A DNA stretch of 61,602 nt, the filler included, from Basidiobolus ranarum (lineage: Eukaryota): the NCBI GenBank assembly GCA_040143965.1. It is 11 parts of 11 records of this genome, joined end to end, with 100 filler letters (N's around TTAATTAATTAA, not from the genome) between each part and the next. Parts side by side here need not be neighbours in the genome. Positions count along the whole stretch, not along the records: positions 33,693 to 39,202 come from JASJQH010008452.1; positions 39,303 to 44,810 come from JASJQH010008453.1; positions 44,911 to 50,414 come from JASJQH010008454.1; 8 more parts are not named here. One strand, given 5' to 3'. The stretch's first letter is position 1; each line of letters begins with the position of its first letter. The notes under the pieces were generated by a model. It made no database searches, had not been told where the DNA came from, and saw nothing but the letters and a program-made list of their open reading frames with translations. Shown here one piece after another: positions 35,376 to 47,911 of the stretch. The position numbers and the translations under genes were made by a program.

Positions 35376-38300
35376 CTCTCACCCAACTAAATATACGTAT
35401 ATCTTAATCCTAAATTAAATCTTAATTCTTGAAATTTTGGTTTGGGTAATGGTTTGGTAAGGATGTCAGCAATTGTGTCACCAGTTGGACAGTAATGTAG
35501 TTGGACATGCTTATTCCCAATAGCTTCCCTAACAAAGTGATGTTGAATGTCAATGTGATTACTTCTAGGATGAAATTTGGGATTTTTTGCTAAAGAAATT
35601 CAACTTTGATTATCCTTGAAAACAATGGTGGGTGAACTTTGAAAAATGCCCAAGTCTTTAAACAGTTTCCTTAGCCACATAGCCTGCTTTGTTGTATGTA
35701 ATGCTGCCATGTATTCTGCTTCAGTTGTTGAAAGGATATGGTGGGTTGTTTCTTGCTATTTCAAGATATGGCTGCTTCACTATAGAGAAACTCAACTAGC
35801 TCCTTATTCTCATAAGAATATGTGTATCTTAATCCCAGATAAATTGTCCCCTTCAAATATCTGAAAATCCACTTAACTGCTGCTTAATGCTCAGATTCTG
35901 GGCTTTGCACATGTTGGCTGACTACTCCCACTGCAAAGGAGATATCTAGCTGGGTTCAATTCATACCTTAAATCAAACTACCTACCATAGATTGATAAGG
36001 GAATTCAGGGCTTTCAAATGACATATTTGGAGCTATATTTGGCTGATTTTCATCATTTTTGATGGGATTGTTGACTAGTTTCATACCTAGATCCATGGGA
36101 GTTGCTACTGGCTTTCAATTCTCCATCCTTAAATATCTGAGAATGTCTGAGATATATTTAGATTGATTCAGAGTGTTAGATTTTCTCATTATATTTGTAT
36201 TGATCTGCAGACCTAAAAAAAACATGAATTCACCTAAATTGGTCATCTTGAATTGGACCAATAGATCTCTTTTGGTGTTCATGAGAGCTTCATCATTGTT
36301 GGTAGCTATAATCAGCTCATCTACATATAAGGCAAGTATCACCTTACCATCCTTATCTGTCTTGAAGTAGATCCCAAAATCCACTGTACTCTTTTGGAAA
36401 TCAAGTGGTTCCAAGTATGTGTCTATCTTAGTGTACCATGCCCTGGGTGATTGCTTAGATCTATAAAGTGACTTTTGAAGGTTACATATGTCCTCAGGGT
36501 GCTCAGGATCCACAAAACAATCTGGTTGATCCACAAATATGTCCTCTTCCAAGTCCCCATTGAAAGGCATATTTAACATCCATTTGATGGATTTTTAAGC
36601 TGTGCTTTGCCACTACTGCTAGTATGGTTCTGATAGAAGTAAACTTTGTTACAGGAGCAAATGTTGCATTGTAGTCAACTCCTTCCATTTGAGAGTATCC
36701 TTGAGCCACAATTCTTGCTTATAGCTTCCTATAGATCCATCAGCTTGCTGTTTAACTTTAAAAACCCATTTGGATCCAATTGATTTTCAATCATCAGGTA
36801 ATTAACCAAAGTCCAAGTTTGGTTATCTATGAGTGACTGATACTCCTCTGCCATTGCTGCACTCCAAAACTTTGGGTTGAGACTCTCCATAGCCTCCTGT
36901 ACCAATTTGGGTCTATCAGAAAAGGCTAAATTAGCACTAGGCTCCTTTTGACTAGTATGACAGTAGTATTCCGGCAGAGATTTCATCCAATTGGATCTCC
37001 TAAGATGGGAAATTGGCACTACAACTTCTGGTACCAATTCAGGCAATGAAACCACCTCAAGCTTGGTTGAAGAGACTGCAGGTGAGGAATTTCCATGTTT
37101 TTCCCACTGATCAGGATCTGGTGAGAAAAAGAAGAATTTTCCTCAATTTTTGGTTTTTTTTGATCCTGGATTGTTCTGACAGAAAACTTTTCTTCTGTTG
37201 CTTGAGTTGATTAGCCTCTTACTCTTAGTGTCATATAGTCTGTACCCTTTTGTTACATTACAATATCCCAAAAAAAAACATTTCTGGCTTTTTTGGTATA
37301 ATTTTGTTCTCTTCTGGTCTGGAATCATGGCTTATGTGGTACTTCCAAATACTATGAGATTAGCCACATCAGGTTTACTTCCAAACCAAGCTTGATAAGG
37401 TCTCAGAGCCAATAGAGACTTAGAAGGACATCTTTTCCTAATACATACCGCAGTTGCAACCAATTCAGCCCAACACTGTTTTGGTAAATCATGATCATGA
37501 GGCATTGCTGTTTCCTTTATTGATCTGTTTGCACATTCTGCTACTCTGTTCTGCTGTGGAGGAAATGGTACTGTAGTCTGCTGTTTTATCCCATGTGTAG
37601 AGTGGAAGTTAGAGAGTTTTGAAGTATATTCCCCTCCATTATCATAATGGATAATCTTTATCTTGAGACCTGTTTCAGACTCTACCATTGCATCATATTT
37701 TTTGAAGGTATCAAAGACTTTGTCCTTGTGGGCCAGAAAGTACACCCAAATTTACTTTGTCTAATCATCAATAAAGGTCATAAAATACCTTTTTCCACCT
37801 AAGGATTTTGTCTCCATTGGGCCACAAAGATCTGAGTGTATCTGGCCCAATTTTTAATCCATTTTGCTCATTCCAGAGCCCACAAACCGCTCTCTATGTT
37901 GCCTACCATATAGGCAACCCTCACATAGCTCCAGATCTGGTGGAATTACAAATTTTAGTCCCAAAGCCTGCTTGTTTTTGATTAAATTTCTCATATTTTC
38001 AGCTCCCATATGACCCAATCTTCTACGCCAGATTTTCCAGTCTATCTCTTCAGCTGAGGCAGTATTAACTTGTTCATATATTGGCCTAATATAATGAAGT
38101 TTATATAAGTTACTTTGCTTAGCTCCAGAAGCTAGGTAATTCCCTTTTGATCCCAGATTGTACAGCCATTTTGATCAAAATTAAAGCCATATCCCTCAGA
38201 TGTAGCTTTACTCACTGATAACAAATTTTTTGCTATCCTAGGCACATATAGCAAGTTTTTTAGTGTCAAAATACATGTCCCCAGAGATGCCACCAAGATC

Positions 38301-39202
38301 TGCTACAATTTCTCCTACTCCCAGAGCTTCTAGAGGCTAGTCATCTCCCATACAAACCTTCTTGTTTATGTCAGTTTTGAGTGTCTTGAACCAGTTTTTT
38401 TGATTAGAGAAATGTTAAGAGACTCCAGAATCAATATACCACAACCTACAGTCTTGTTCAGAGGTCACTGATAGGTCAAAAATGAATAAAACTTCCTCTT
38501 TGGTTGAAACCTGATCTGCTTGTTCTGACTTCTCATTTTTGTGATAATTTCTTGATTTGAAATCTCTTAACTGATGTCCTGGTTTGCTACAACCATAGCA
38601 TAAACCTGGTTTCCTTCTTTTGTAATCTTTGTACATGCCAAAGTTACATTTTCCAGCTCCGAAAAGTGCTACTTCCTCAAATTCTTTTTCCAAATTCTTA
38701 CTTCTGAGGTGTTGATCCTTTAGCCTGGCTACCACAAACTCCAAAGACAACTTGTCAGATCTTGCTTCCAAAGCTTTGACCAAGTTTGAGTACTGCTCTG
38801 GTAGACTACTTAGTATTTTGTCATAATGACATCTTTGTCCTGTAAAGTTGCACTAATATTTTCCAGTTGTTTTGCCAAAGATCTCACATTTGCAATATGA
38901 GTAACCATGCTTTCAGACTTTTCTATCTTTATTTTGAGGAATTTTTGTCTGAGAAAAAGTCTATTAGCAAGACTCTTGGCTACATATCATACTTCCAATG
39001 TAGTCCAAGCTTGATGGGAAGTCTTTGCATATTGAATATTCATAAGTTGTGGGTCCTTCAAACTTTGACAAATGACATTAAAGGCCTTGTTGTCTCTTTT
39101 CTTGTAAGCTTCTAATAAAGAAGGGTCAGAAGGTTCCTTTTCATCTCCAGAGACTACATCCCAATGCTCCCTGTCTTCCAGTGTGATCTGCATCTAGAAC
39201 TT
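35376..39202 (-). mobile_element. Nearly full-length but degenerate Ty1/copia gag-pol
   Basis: Gag LEDREHWDVVSG; zinc knuckle CYGCSKPGH; protease WYIDSG; CEGCLYGRQH; integrase HSDLCGPM, YDNGGEY, PQQNRVAECANR; RT AQGYSQMEGVDYNATFAPV, HQMDVK, LYVDELII; RNase H STTEAEYMA. Integrase precedes RT (copia order). Confidence 0.96.
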
Positions 39203-39304
39203 NNNNNNNNNNNNNNNNNNNNNNNNNNNNNNNNNNNNNNNNNNNNTTAATTAATTAANNNNNNNNNNNNNNNNNNNNNNNNNNNNNNNNNNNNNNNNNN
39301 NNAT

Positions 39305-40432
39305 ATGTGGGTTTTACAGCTCGGTTACTATCTCGTTAGCTGGGTCATTATTGTCAAGTCTATAAGGCTTCTGTTTATTTACAATTTAAGTGCAGCAAAG
39401 TTAGCAACCGCTTTAAATGTATCTTCCACCTCAACGTGGCCAAAGTCTAACGACCAGCAGAAAAGCTGCACTCTCAATCAATCGGAAATCGAGATGCTGA
39501 GCATCTCCGGAATGGCCTCAAACCCGACCTTTCACAAATCATATGACCTCGAAACCAACTGGTACTATCGACACCAGTATCTAGTTACTTCCAATGCCCT
39601 ATACAAGATAATGTTCGCAGTACTTTTCGTACATCTGGTGGTATTGATTGTTCAACAATCACTAGGTTACAACGTCAGTCTTAGCTTCGGCACCACGACA
39701 GATAAATGTTTTGATAGTTGGGAGTGGATCTCCTTTCAGGTATCCATGGCCCTCTATAGTTTTGTATTTATTTTCCTGCTGGTGAAATCGAGAACCATAG
39801 ATGACGCATATGGTCTCCGTTGGGAATTGATTGTCGTCACGATTGAAACCCTTATTTTCAACATTATATTCATAGTATACTTCTCCATCTCCCATATCTC
39901 ATTATCTAGAGAGGTAGCAGTGTCCATCGGAGCTTTTGTATTCTCTAGCATCTGTTATTTTTTCATGGCCATCAAGCCCGCTTTACAGGCATATGGATTT
40001 CTCCAAACTTCCTCTTATTCCATCAAAATTCGACCACGGGCTTTGAAGCTGGATTACGAGTCTTTTGAGCTGGTGCTCAACAATCCCGACTTATTTAGCC
40101 AATTTAAGACGTTTGCTGTGAAAGATTTCACTGTGGAGAATGTTCTATGCTATGAACAATACCACAAACTTCACAATATTTCCGAAGAAACTGGCTATCT
40201 GAATGAAAATCTGATCGAATTTTTCGAGACATTTGTACACGTAAACTCAAGGTTTATGGTGAATATCACCTCCTCAACTCGCCACGAAATAGAGAATCTG
40301 ATTCAAAAGCAAGCATGTCACATTCATATGTACGATTCGCTGTATCTTGAGGTTAAAGATTTGATGTTTCGTAATACATTCCCACGTTTCCTTATGACCG
40401 ACGAAAATTCCTCCAACTCATTATACCCTTGA
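39305..40432 (+). CDS. Transmembrane RGS-domain protein (7TM-RGS/GprK-like), 5' partial
   Basis: Several hydrophobic helices with DDAYGLRWEL, then an RGS domain: FELVLNNP..FSQFKTFAVKDFTVENVLCY...MVNITSSTR...EVKDLMFRNTFPRFL. Confidence 0.88.
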   Translation: MWVLQLGYYLVSWVIIVKSIRLLFIYNLSAAKLATALNVSSTSTWPKSNDQQKSCTLNQSEIEMLSISGMASNPTFHKSYDLETNWYYRHQYLVTSNALYKIMFAVLFVHLVVLIVQQSLGYNVSLSFGTTTDKCFDSWEWISFQVSMALYSFVFIFLLVKSRTIDDAYGLRWELIVVTIETLIFNIIFIVYFSISHISLSREVAVSIGAFVFSSICYFFMAIKPALQAYGFLQTSSYSIKIRPRALKLDYESFELVLNNPDLFSQFKTFAVKDFTVENVLCYEQYHKLHNISEETGYLNENLIEFFETFVHVNSRFMVNITSSTRHEIENLIQKQACHIHMYDSLYLEVKDLMFRNTFPRFLMTDENSSNSLYP

Positions 40433-42274
40433 GAATCCACAGGGATTTGGCCGAGTGACAATCTTTGAAAGTCTGGTACTAGGCCGGAATAACGATATAT
40501 TCACTTGTTGTTAGACATCTGGGACCCTCTTTCTTAAGAAGTTACACCAATATATATAATATACCCCCCCCCCCCTCCGAGGAAAGAAACTATGTACCAT
40601 TATAAATGTTCATATGTAGCATATACCCTCATCCTCGTATAAACTGTAAATTCCACCAGAACCTCCCCTTTACAATATAATAAAATGAAACCAGCGTATG
40701 ACTTGTACATCGTGTAACAGTGTACTTAGGCAGCTTTACCTGGGGATATCGGCAGATAAACAAGTTATCCTTTACTTCGAATTGTTCTAGAATATCCAAA
40801 TATCACTGATTTACAATTTGCTTGATATATCTCCAGGCATTAAGATAATTATTATGATGTGAAAATAAGGTGACACCGATCTTGCTTCCTGTAACTTAGT
40901 TGAAGAAGCTTTCCCTCTCAGCATCAGCCCCCTTCAGCAAAATTTTCATATCAGAAAGAGGATATAGTGAATTGACATTAATGGAATAATCAAAGTAGAC
41001 CACCATGTTTCAAACACTAGGTGGTCAGAGTTCAAGCCTTTCCAGAGAACATCGTAAGAATTCTTCAAATCTTAAAGTGAATTTAATTGAAAGAAGTTTC
41101 TGAATATTTGGTGAGTATTCCTTATTAGGTGAATAACGCAAAAACCTTTCTTACATTCGATTCCTAATACCGAATAATGATGTCAAATTACTACCACGTA
41201 GGGATCCAATGAAATTGCGGAACATAACCAATCATTTCCACTAAATCAGCCAATCAGTTAAATGAGGTAAGAGTTAGCCCTTTTTAAACAGGATCGATTG
41301 AATTCAATTATACTCGATCTACTCAAAACCCACCCCTATCCCCAAAGTGGTAGATTCGCAGTTTCCATTCATTTGATCTATTTTTGCCAATGGTGGAGAA
41401 TTCCTTTGAATTGGTGAGGAATCTTTGTTGCGCCTTTGACTCGAGTTTCGAACATGTTGATGTAACCGTTGTTAGATGAGGTGGGTGTATGTTTGTGAAA
41501 TGTAGATTTGGTTCGGTGTTCACTGTTGTGTTACATCGGATTTTCTAGGGAGATATTGGAGGTTGTTTCAATCACTTATTGGTTATATTCATGCGTATTT
41601 GGAGCTGAGCTGGGGTTGATGGTAACATCAGGTCACCCTAGGGTTGACCAACTCTTAGGATAGCTGAACAAGAATGCCAGTAAGATGACATGCGTTGGGT
41701 ACATCCTAATGGTGCTCTAGAATATCTGGTTATCTGGGAGTGTCGCACGATGTTCAAAATGCAACGGATTAGATGGTTCCTATTTCTCGTTACATCCCAC
41801 TATCCGATTAAGCTACGATGATTCGTTCTCGCTAGGGAGTATCCATCGACAAGTTCTTAACTTTATTTAAAGCGAATGATAACAAATAGAAAAAGAGGAG
41901 GCAAAATGAATATTTGGTAAGATGAAGATAGTAAGAAATAAGAATGCATGTTATTACAAATCTAAACTACAAAGGAAATTTAGAAATAATATGAAGTTAT
42001 AAATCGTATGGACTCAGGTAACAGAAATATGCTACCAAATATACAAACTCTCTTCATATCATTGCTCCTAGTAGGGCACTGGCTAATCAGCCGAATCAGC
42101 TGCAGAATGGATGTTATGTGATAATATCCTCATCTTAGCTGCCCGAAGATATAATTTGAAGTCCATTTGAAGGTAACAAAATAGAATATATGGAAATGTA
42201 GCAATATGGGAGTGAATACTCATAATAAAATATTATGAAGACTGAGTGGAAGGGTTTTTCGAGTCACTTCGGGT

Positions 42275-44142
42275 TTACTTCCAGTGCTGTGAGGCTCCGG
42301 CTCGGAGTGCTTCTTGATACGATGGAGGTAGATCTTCCTCCGCCGATCGTGAGGAGGTTGGATCTTCTTCGACTCGATCAACCATATACCCAAGATCAAA
42401 AGCAGACGGGGCAGAGGGATGAACATCACGAGAGCCAGAAGAGCTTGGAACAGCGGTGGTAGTCTCCTCAAGATCTTCAAGAGGTGGTTTTTCAATCAAA
42501 TGAATATGAGGAGCCGACGGTTGAGGGTTTGATGTACTAGGCAAATTTATGTTTGGAGAAGAGTTACTACGACTATGACTACTTTCATTCGTTGCACTAT
42601 CTTGTAAGTTGGGTTTGTTGAGATTGGCATTCTGTCTAGACCCATTGGAGAAAGCACTTCCAGTAGGGCTAGGGGGTTCAAGAGACTGAGTAGAGTTTTG
42701 TTCATTGCCGATGTTATAGAGCACTTGGTTTTCCGTTAAATGGGGAAGAACAACTGTCCAGTCCCCTTCTTCTTCTGTAGGAGTCAAGTTTTCATCAGGA
42801 TCAGCTGTGATTTCGTTGTCTTCGGAAGATAGGCCAATGATGGGGTAGGTACCTACAATCAAAGGAAACACAAACTCCAATCTCTTCTTGTAAAAAGCAT
42901 TAGGAATCAGATCTATCTTGACATGAAGTTCGTACGAAAAAGAGATAAGAGGGGCGGTGATGGTTGTAGGAGGAAGAGAGCGCGGAACACGAATTTTGGC
43001 TTCTAAGATGGTGGAAAGAGATGTGGAGTCGATATTCAGTGCAAGATCTTGTGCAAAAACTGCTGTAACTTGCTTTTGCTCGTACCTAGGATGAGCCCAA
43101 ATGGTGTCAGACAAACAACAAAATAACAGTGGTATATTCTGATATTCAATTACCCATTGGCCATAAACTTCGAAAGTTGGTTAAGCTTTACATGGACGCC
43201 GTTAGCATCTCTGATCGGTTGTATATGGTTGATAGAGATTTTAACAGGGATTATTTCACCTAAAAAATGAAAGTATCTCATATGAAAATTTTCTCTCAAC
43301 AGAAATACCAATAAAAAGAATATAGCGTACCTTTCGTAAAAGCTTTCTTTGGTATGACAACTCTAGCCTCAACGGTGCCCTTGCTTTTACGAAAAGTTCC
43401 CAATGAGATGGCAACATCTTTGACTTGGTCAAAAGGTGTGAGATAGCCTGCCTCTTGAGTGTCAATTAAATCGGAAACAAGCACCGGACAGACACTTCGT
43501 GGTGAGAGTGACGTAGGAACCCAGGGTTTATGGTGAGTAGCGCGGAGGGAATATTGAATGGATCCTTTGTTACCCTAATAAAGATCATGTTGGTAAGACG
43601 ACATTAAAAAAAATATAAAATATCTTGGCTCTTTGTATGGTAAAATTTATACGCACAAGATATGAAGTTGGTAAAGTAAACGAAGAGGTGGTAGCGGGGA
43701 GATGGAATTCGAAAGGAAATTTATGTTCACCAGTGGTTAGATTTGTTGTACTCTCTGAATTTCGCGACCCAAACAATACAAGCTCGGTGTTGAATAAGGT
43801 CAATGTTTGAGTCTCATTGAATTTACTTGAAAAACCATTAGTATCGCAACTAAAGAGTGCATAACAAAATGTTTGCCGAGTACCGTTCGGTTAAAGACAT
43901 CAACGATGTGGTAATTTCTCCGATGAATTGAAGTATTATACACTTGGTAGAAGTATTTCTGACCATTTTTAGCACCACATTGCCTATAAGTCGATGTGCA
44001 CTCTTTGTGTCAATTGCATGCTTAGGATCCTCAGATATAATGAAAGCTACATACCACGTACAGCATCTCCTGGAAAATAAGTCTTCTCTTGGTCATCTAA
44101 CTCAACATTGATATTGGAAGAAGTAGGTAGCGCTGATAACAT
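42275..44142 (-). CDS. Alpha-arrestin (Arrestin_N + Arrestin_C, PPxY tail), about 5 exons
   Basis: ATG at 44142, INVELDDQEKTYFPGDAVRG; GEHKFPFEFHLP..LPTSY; GSIQYSLRA; IPKKAFTKG; LPPTTIT..ISFSYELHV; FPLIVGT; C-terminal LPPSY. Confidence 0.9.
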
Positions 44143-44700
44143 ATCTGCGATAACGGGTAGTCACAGAGAAAAGGTAATATAAGTAGGCCAATATTGCTTT
44201 CAAGGATTTCGCAAACCAACCTGTTAGAATGAAAAGTAGCCTCGATTATAACCTAATTAATTACATGAAAAAGCAAATATCGAAAATAAGATATTAAACA
44301 TAGTCAGCTGTATATTTAAGGAATGTTTAGACGAAATTTCGACTATTTCTTCCAAGAATCTCAAACAGTCGATGATTTTAGAGATTTGCATAAATTAAGA
44401 GTCAGATCGTACCATGTGAAAACCACCACAAACGTCCTACTAATACTAATGGGTTCAGGACTCAACTTTTAAATGAATGATAGTTATGCAGGAGTAGTAT
44501 CAGTCAGATACAAATGGAATTCATTAATGCCTCAAATATAACAGTTCATCATATGATCTGCCTTTCTATTATATTCCTGGATTTTGTGGGTGGATTTCAA
44601 ATAAGAGTGCGATCGAAGCCAGGCCATTTCATGATTTGTATTATCTAAGAGTGGCATTCATCCAGTGTCAAGAGGAGAAAGCCCAACACAGATATAAAGA

Positions 44701-44810
44701 TGTGAGAATTAGCAATTCCATATTGGAAATTTCAAACTCGTCCAAATTGCCCCAAAGATAGCTCATTTTACTCCTACAGATGTTCGGAACACAACACCAG
44801 TGTTAGTTTT
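44701..44810 (+). repeat. LTR-like repeat starting TGTGAGAATTAGC, cut by contig end
   Basis: Near-identical reverse complement of 35118-35226. Confidence 0.75.
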
Positions 44811-44910
44811 NNNNNNNNNNNNNNNNNNNNNNNNNNNNNNNNNNNNNNNNNNNNTTAATTAATTAANNNNNNNNNNNNNNNNNNNNNNNNNNNNNNNNNN
44901 NNNNNNNNNN

Positions 44911-44968
44911 ATAGTTAGGTGTATAAAGATAGGGATAACATATATGATAAAGACAATAAACTTCAACA
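44911..44968 (-). repeat. Family D LTR terminus at contig start
   Basis: The 58 nt ending ACTTCAACA are near-identical to 50515-50572 and ~35318-35375. Confidence 0.8.
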
Positions 44969-47568
44969 CTTTGATAGGCTGAATTCTGGTTGAAGGGTCC
45001 ACAGGAGTGCTATTTTCTTCATTGATTTTGTTTGACACAATTTGAAGAGTTGGATCACAAGAAAATTGATTTTTGTCATCATCTGAGGTCATTTTGGGTG
45101 AAAACTTTTCATCTTCATCTGACAAAACATCTCTAGACCTGGTAAACTTTGAAATTCTGGTACATAGGGTCTGTGGCCTTAGTGTGAACTCAATAACTCA
45201 TAAGTATGCATATTTTACTTTTTAGATCAAGTTTAGACTAATTTTTGGTCTTAATTCTAACATAAGCAAAGCATCCAAAGATCCTCAAATGTTTTACATC
45301 AGGCTTAACTCCAAGCAAGCTTAGTATGGTGTTGAGTTAGACAGACTTCTAGTAATACTCCTACTCTATGGATATATAGTGGTAGCAACAGATTCCACCC
45401 AAAAAATGTAAGCTAAATCTTGTGCATTTATTATAGATCTTGCCATATTCATTATAGTCCTTTTAGCTCTTTCAGTAACTCCATTTTGTTCAGGTGAATA
45501 GGGTGCAGTAGTTTCTTGCTCAATTTCATCACTTTGCAAAAGTGATTAATCAGTGAAGTATATTTTCCACCCTTATCAGTACATATTTTCTTGATTTTAT
45601 TTCCAGTTTCAGTCTCCTCAAGTGTTGTAAAAAATCAAAAGTAGAGAGAGCTCTCACTCTTCTTTTCATAAGGTAGATCCAAGTGTATCTGATACAATCA
45701 TCATTCAAGTTGTTCAATATCTCTTTCAGCCAAAAGAAAAATTTTGCATAGGTCCACATAAATCTGAATCAACAAGATCAAATCATTTGTCAGATTTGAT
45801 TAAAATAGAGCTCTTGGATGGTTATCTGGCTTGTTTTCCTATATATAACCCTCACAAATTTCCATTTTAGTTGGGGCTTTGAATTCCAGAAATTAGGTTG
45901 TTTCTGATCATTCTGCACAAATAAACAAATCCAATATGGCCCAATCTCTTATGCAATAATTGAGATGTTTATTGATGACACTAACTTATATTTACACATA
46001 AACTACTAGAATTATATATAAATTTGTATAAATTCTGTTCCTTTGCTCCCAAAGTTAAATAATTCCAATCTTTATCAGTGATGATCTATCCTGACTTATC
46101 AAATTGAATTTTAGCCTTTCTGCATCAGCCTTGCATAGAGATGTTAAATTCATGGAAATATCACAGACATGTATTACATCCTTAAAAGTATACTCTTTGT
46201 TCTCAGAAGCACCAGATAAATTGGCTAGAATTGTTCCCTTTCCAATGGGATCTACAATACAGTCATCTTCCAACAAAACCTTTCTAATAGCAATTTCATC
46301 ATAATCCACAAACCAATGTTTTGCATTTGGGAAATCTTGGGAGGTTTCATGATCAATAAGCCATATCTGAGAATCCTTGCTGGCCGGCATAGAAAGAGCA
46401 GATATAAACAAGTGATCTTCTGTGGTAACCATATTTCTAGATTCAGTATGTCTTCTTTTTCGCAATTCTTTTAAAGCAATCTTGGCTCAAAAGGCCAGTT
46501 GTTCTACAGTAGTCACAGAATATGCTACTTTCCTTAGAGTGGTTTTGACCTTTATAAGAGTTTTTTTCATTACCTGTGTAAGAATCCTCTACTTTCTTTT
46601 GGTTGGATCCCAATTTGCATCAATCTTTATCTAAAGGTCTTGCAAATACATAATTCAGGGTAAAATTTCAGTTCTTAATTCTAGAGCCATTACTATGCTC
46701 TGAAACTTAGATGGCAGGCTATTCCATATTGTAACTATGTGTTAAAGTATTTGGGAGCCTGTTTGAAGGAATTTGGAGAATTAGAGAAATTGGTGGTTTT
46801 CACTTGTTGTTTTATTGAGTAGAAAGTTGACATTTATACTTTTGTCAAGATGTAAGCAAAGTACCATGTATAATGTGCTAAGGAAGGTCCCAGAAACATG
46901 AGTGCAAGGTTTGGGGCTTCTAGCACAAGTTAGAAAAATCCATACATCTGGAAACTTCCAAGTTGGTACAAATATTCTAAGTAAGTTCCAATTGAGAATG
47001 ATGGATAATATCTTAGTCAATTATAAGATCACTAAGTACTAAGCTATATATGACTACACAGGTGTTTAGGCAATGCTAATTTCAACACTGTCTTGTCCTG
47101 ATCAGTAGTAGGTAGTCCATGCATTCCATTTCATGCATTAACTAGTTATTTTATCAGTTAGTTAATTATTGTCTTCTCCTGGCTTCATCTTTAAGTTTGA
47201 GAATTGTCTGCTTAGAGGTATCTTGCTGGCAGCAGAACAAATTTAGTAGGTGTCTTTGCAGGTTTTCCATACCTTCTTGGCAGTTTTAGCTCTTGAACAT
47301 TGGATTAACAATTTGCCTTTAACATTAAGACAAGTTGTGTTGAAGGCACTTTGTTCTGTTTTAGCCTGGAGGAAAATTTTGGTTTCAGAGAGTTTAACAT
47401 TGTTTTCTCATCCTACAAAAGTGTCATAAAGTTATTTTCCTGTGGCAGCATTTTCATTTTTATTGTCCATACTTGATAATGGGATCCATCCAATTTTTTA
47501 GAAGAGGGAAAGTTCCAGAAATTTGAGACGTAGAAGTTACTAAGAGTGCAAGCTTGGGGCTCATAGCT
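44969..47568 (-). mobile_element. Degenerate copia family B element (PBS, gag, protease, integrase), interrupted by an LTR in gag
   Basis: PBS AGCTATGAGCCC; gag KKLDGSHYQVWTIKMKML, NSLPSKFQSIVMALE; protease region QIWLID...PIGKGTI...FKDVIHV; integrase DDCIRYTWIY, TTAPYSPEQNGV. Confidence 0.88.
46740..47087 (-). mobile_element. Family B LTR inserted within gag
   Basis: TG...CA termini; aligns to 20808-21155 and 47569-47911. Gag reads across it (DQDK | IVTIWNSLP). TSD imperfect (CTATG/CTGTC). Confidence 0.88.
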
Positions 47569-47911
47569 TGTTAAAGTATTTGGGAGCCTGTTGGAAGTGG
47601 TTTTGGGAATTAGAGAAATTGGTGGTTTTCGCTCATTGATTAATTGACTATTCAGTTGACCTTAGAGTTTTTTCAAGATATTGAAAAACTTGCATGTAGA
47701 GTGTGGTTAGGATGATCCCAGCAACATGTGTGCAAAGTTTGGGGCTTCAAGCACAAGTTTGAGAATCTCTATACCTGAGAACTAAGTTTGTGTTGATGAT
47801 ACAAGTAAAATACTCATGAGAATAATGGGTAATATGATAGTTCAATATAAGATAACTAAGTACTAGGCTATATATGACTACACAGGTGTTTAGGCAATGC
47901 TAATTTCAACA
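47569..47911 (-). mobile_element. 5' LTR, family B
   Basis: TGTTGAAATTAGC...ACTTTAACA directly followed by PBS and gag. Confidence 0.9.

Noticed and set aside
24637..44142. Apparent signalling cluster (HK, Zn2Cys6 TF, TM-RGS, arrestin)
   Set aside because: These lie on different, length-sorted contigs. Only TM-RGS and arrestin are truly linked (convergent), and nothing shows a functional connection.
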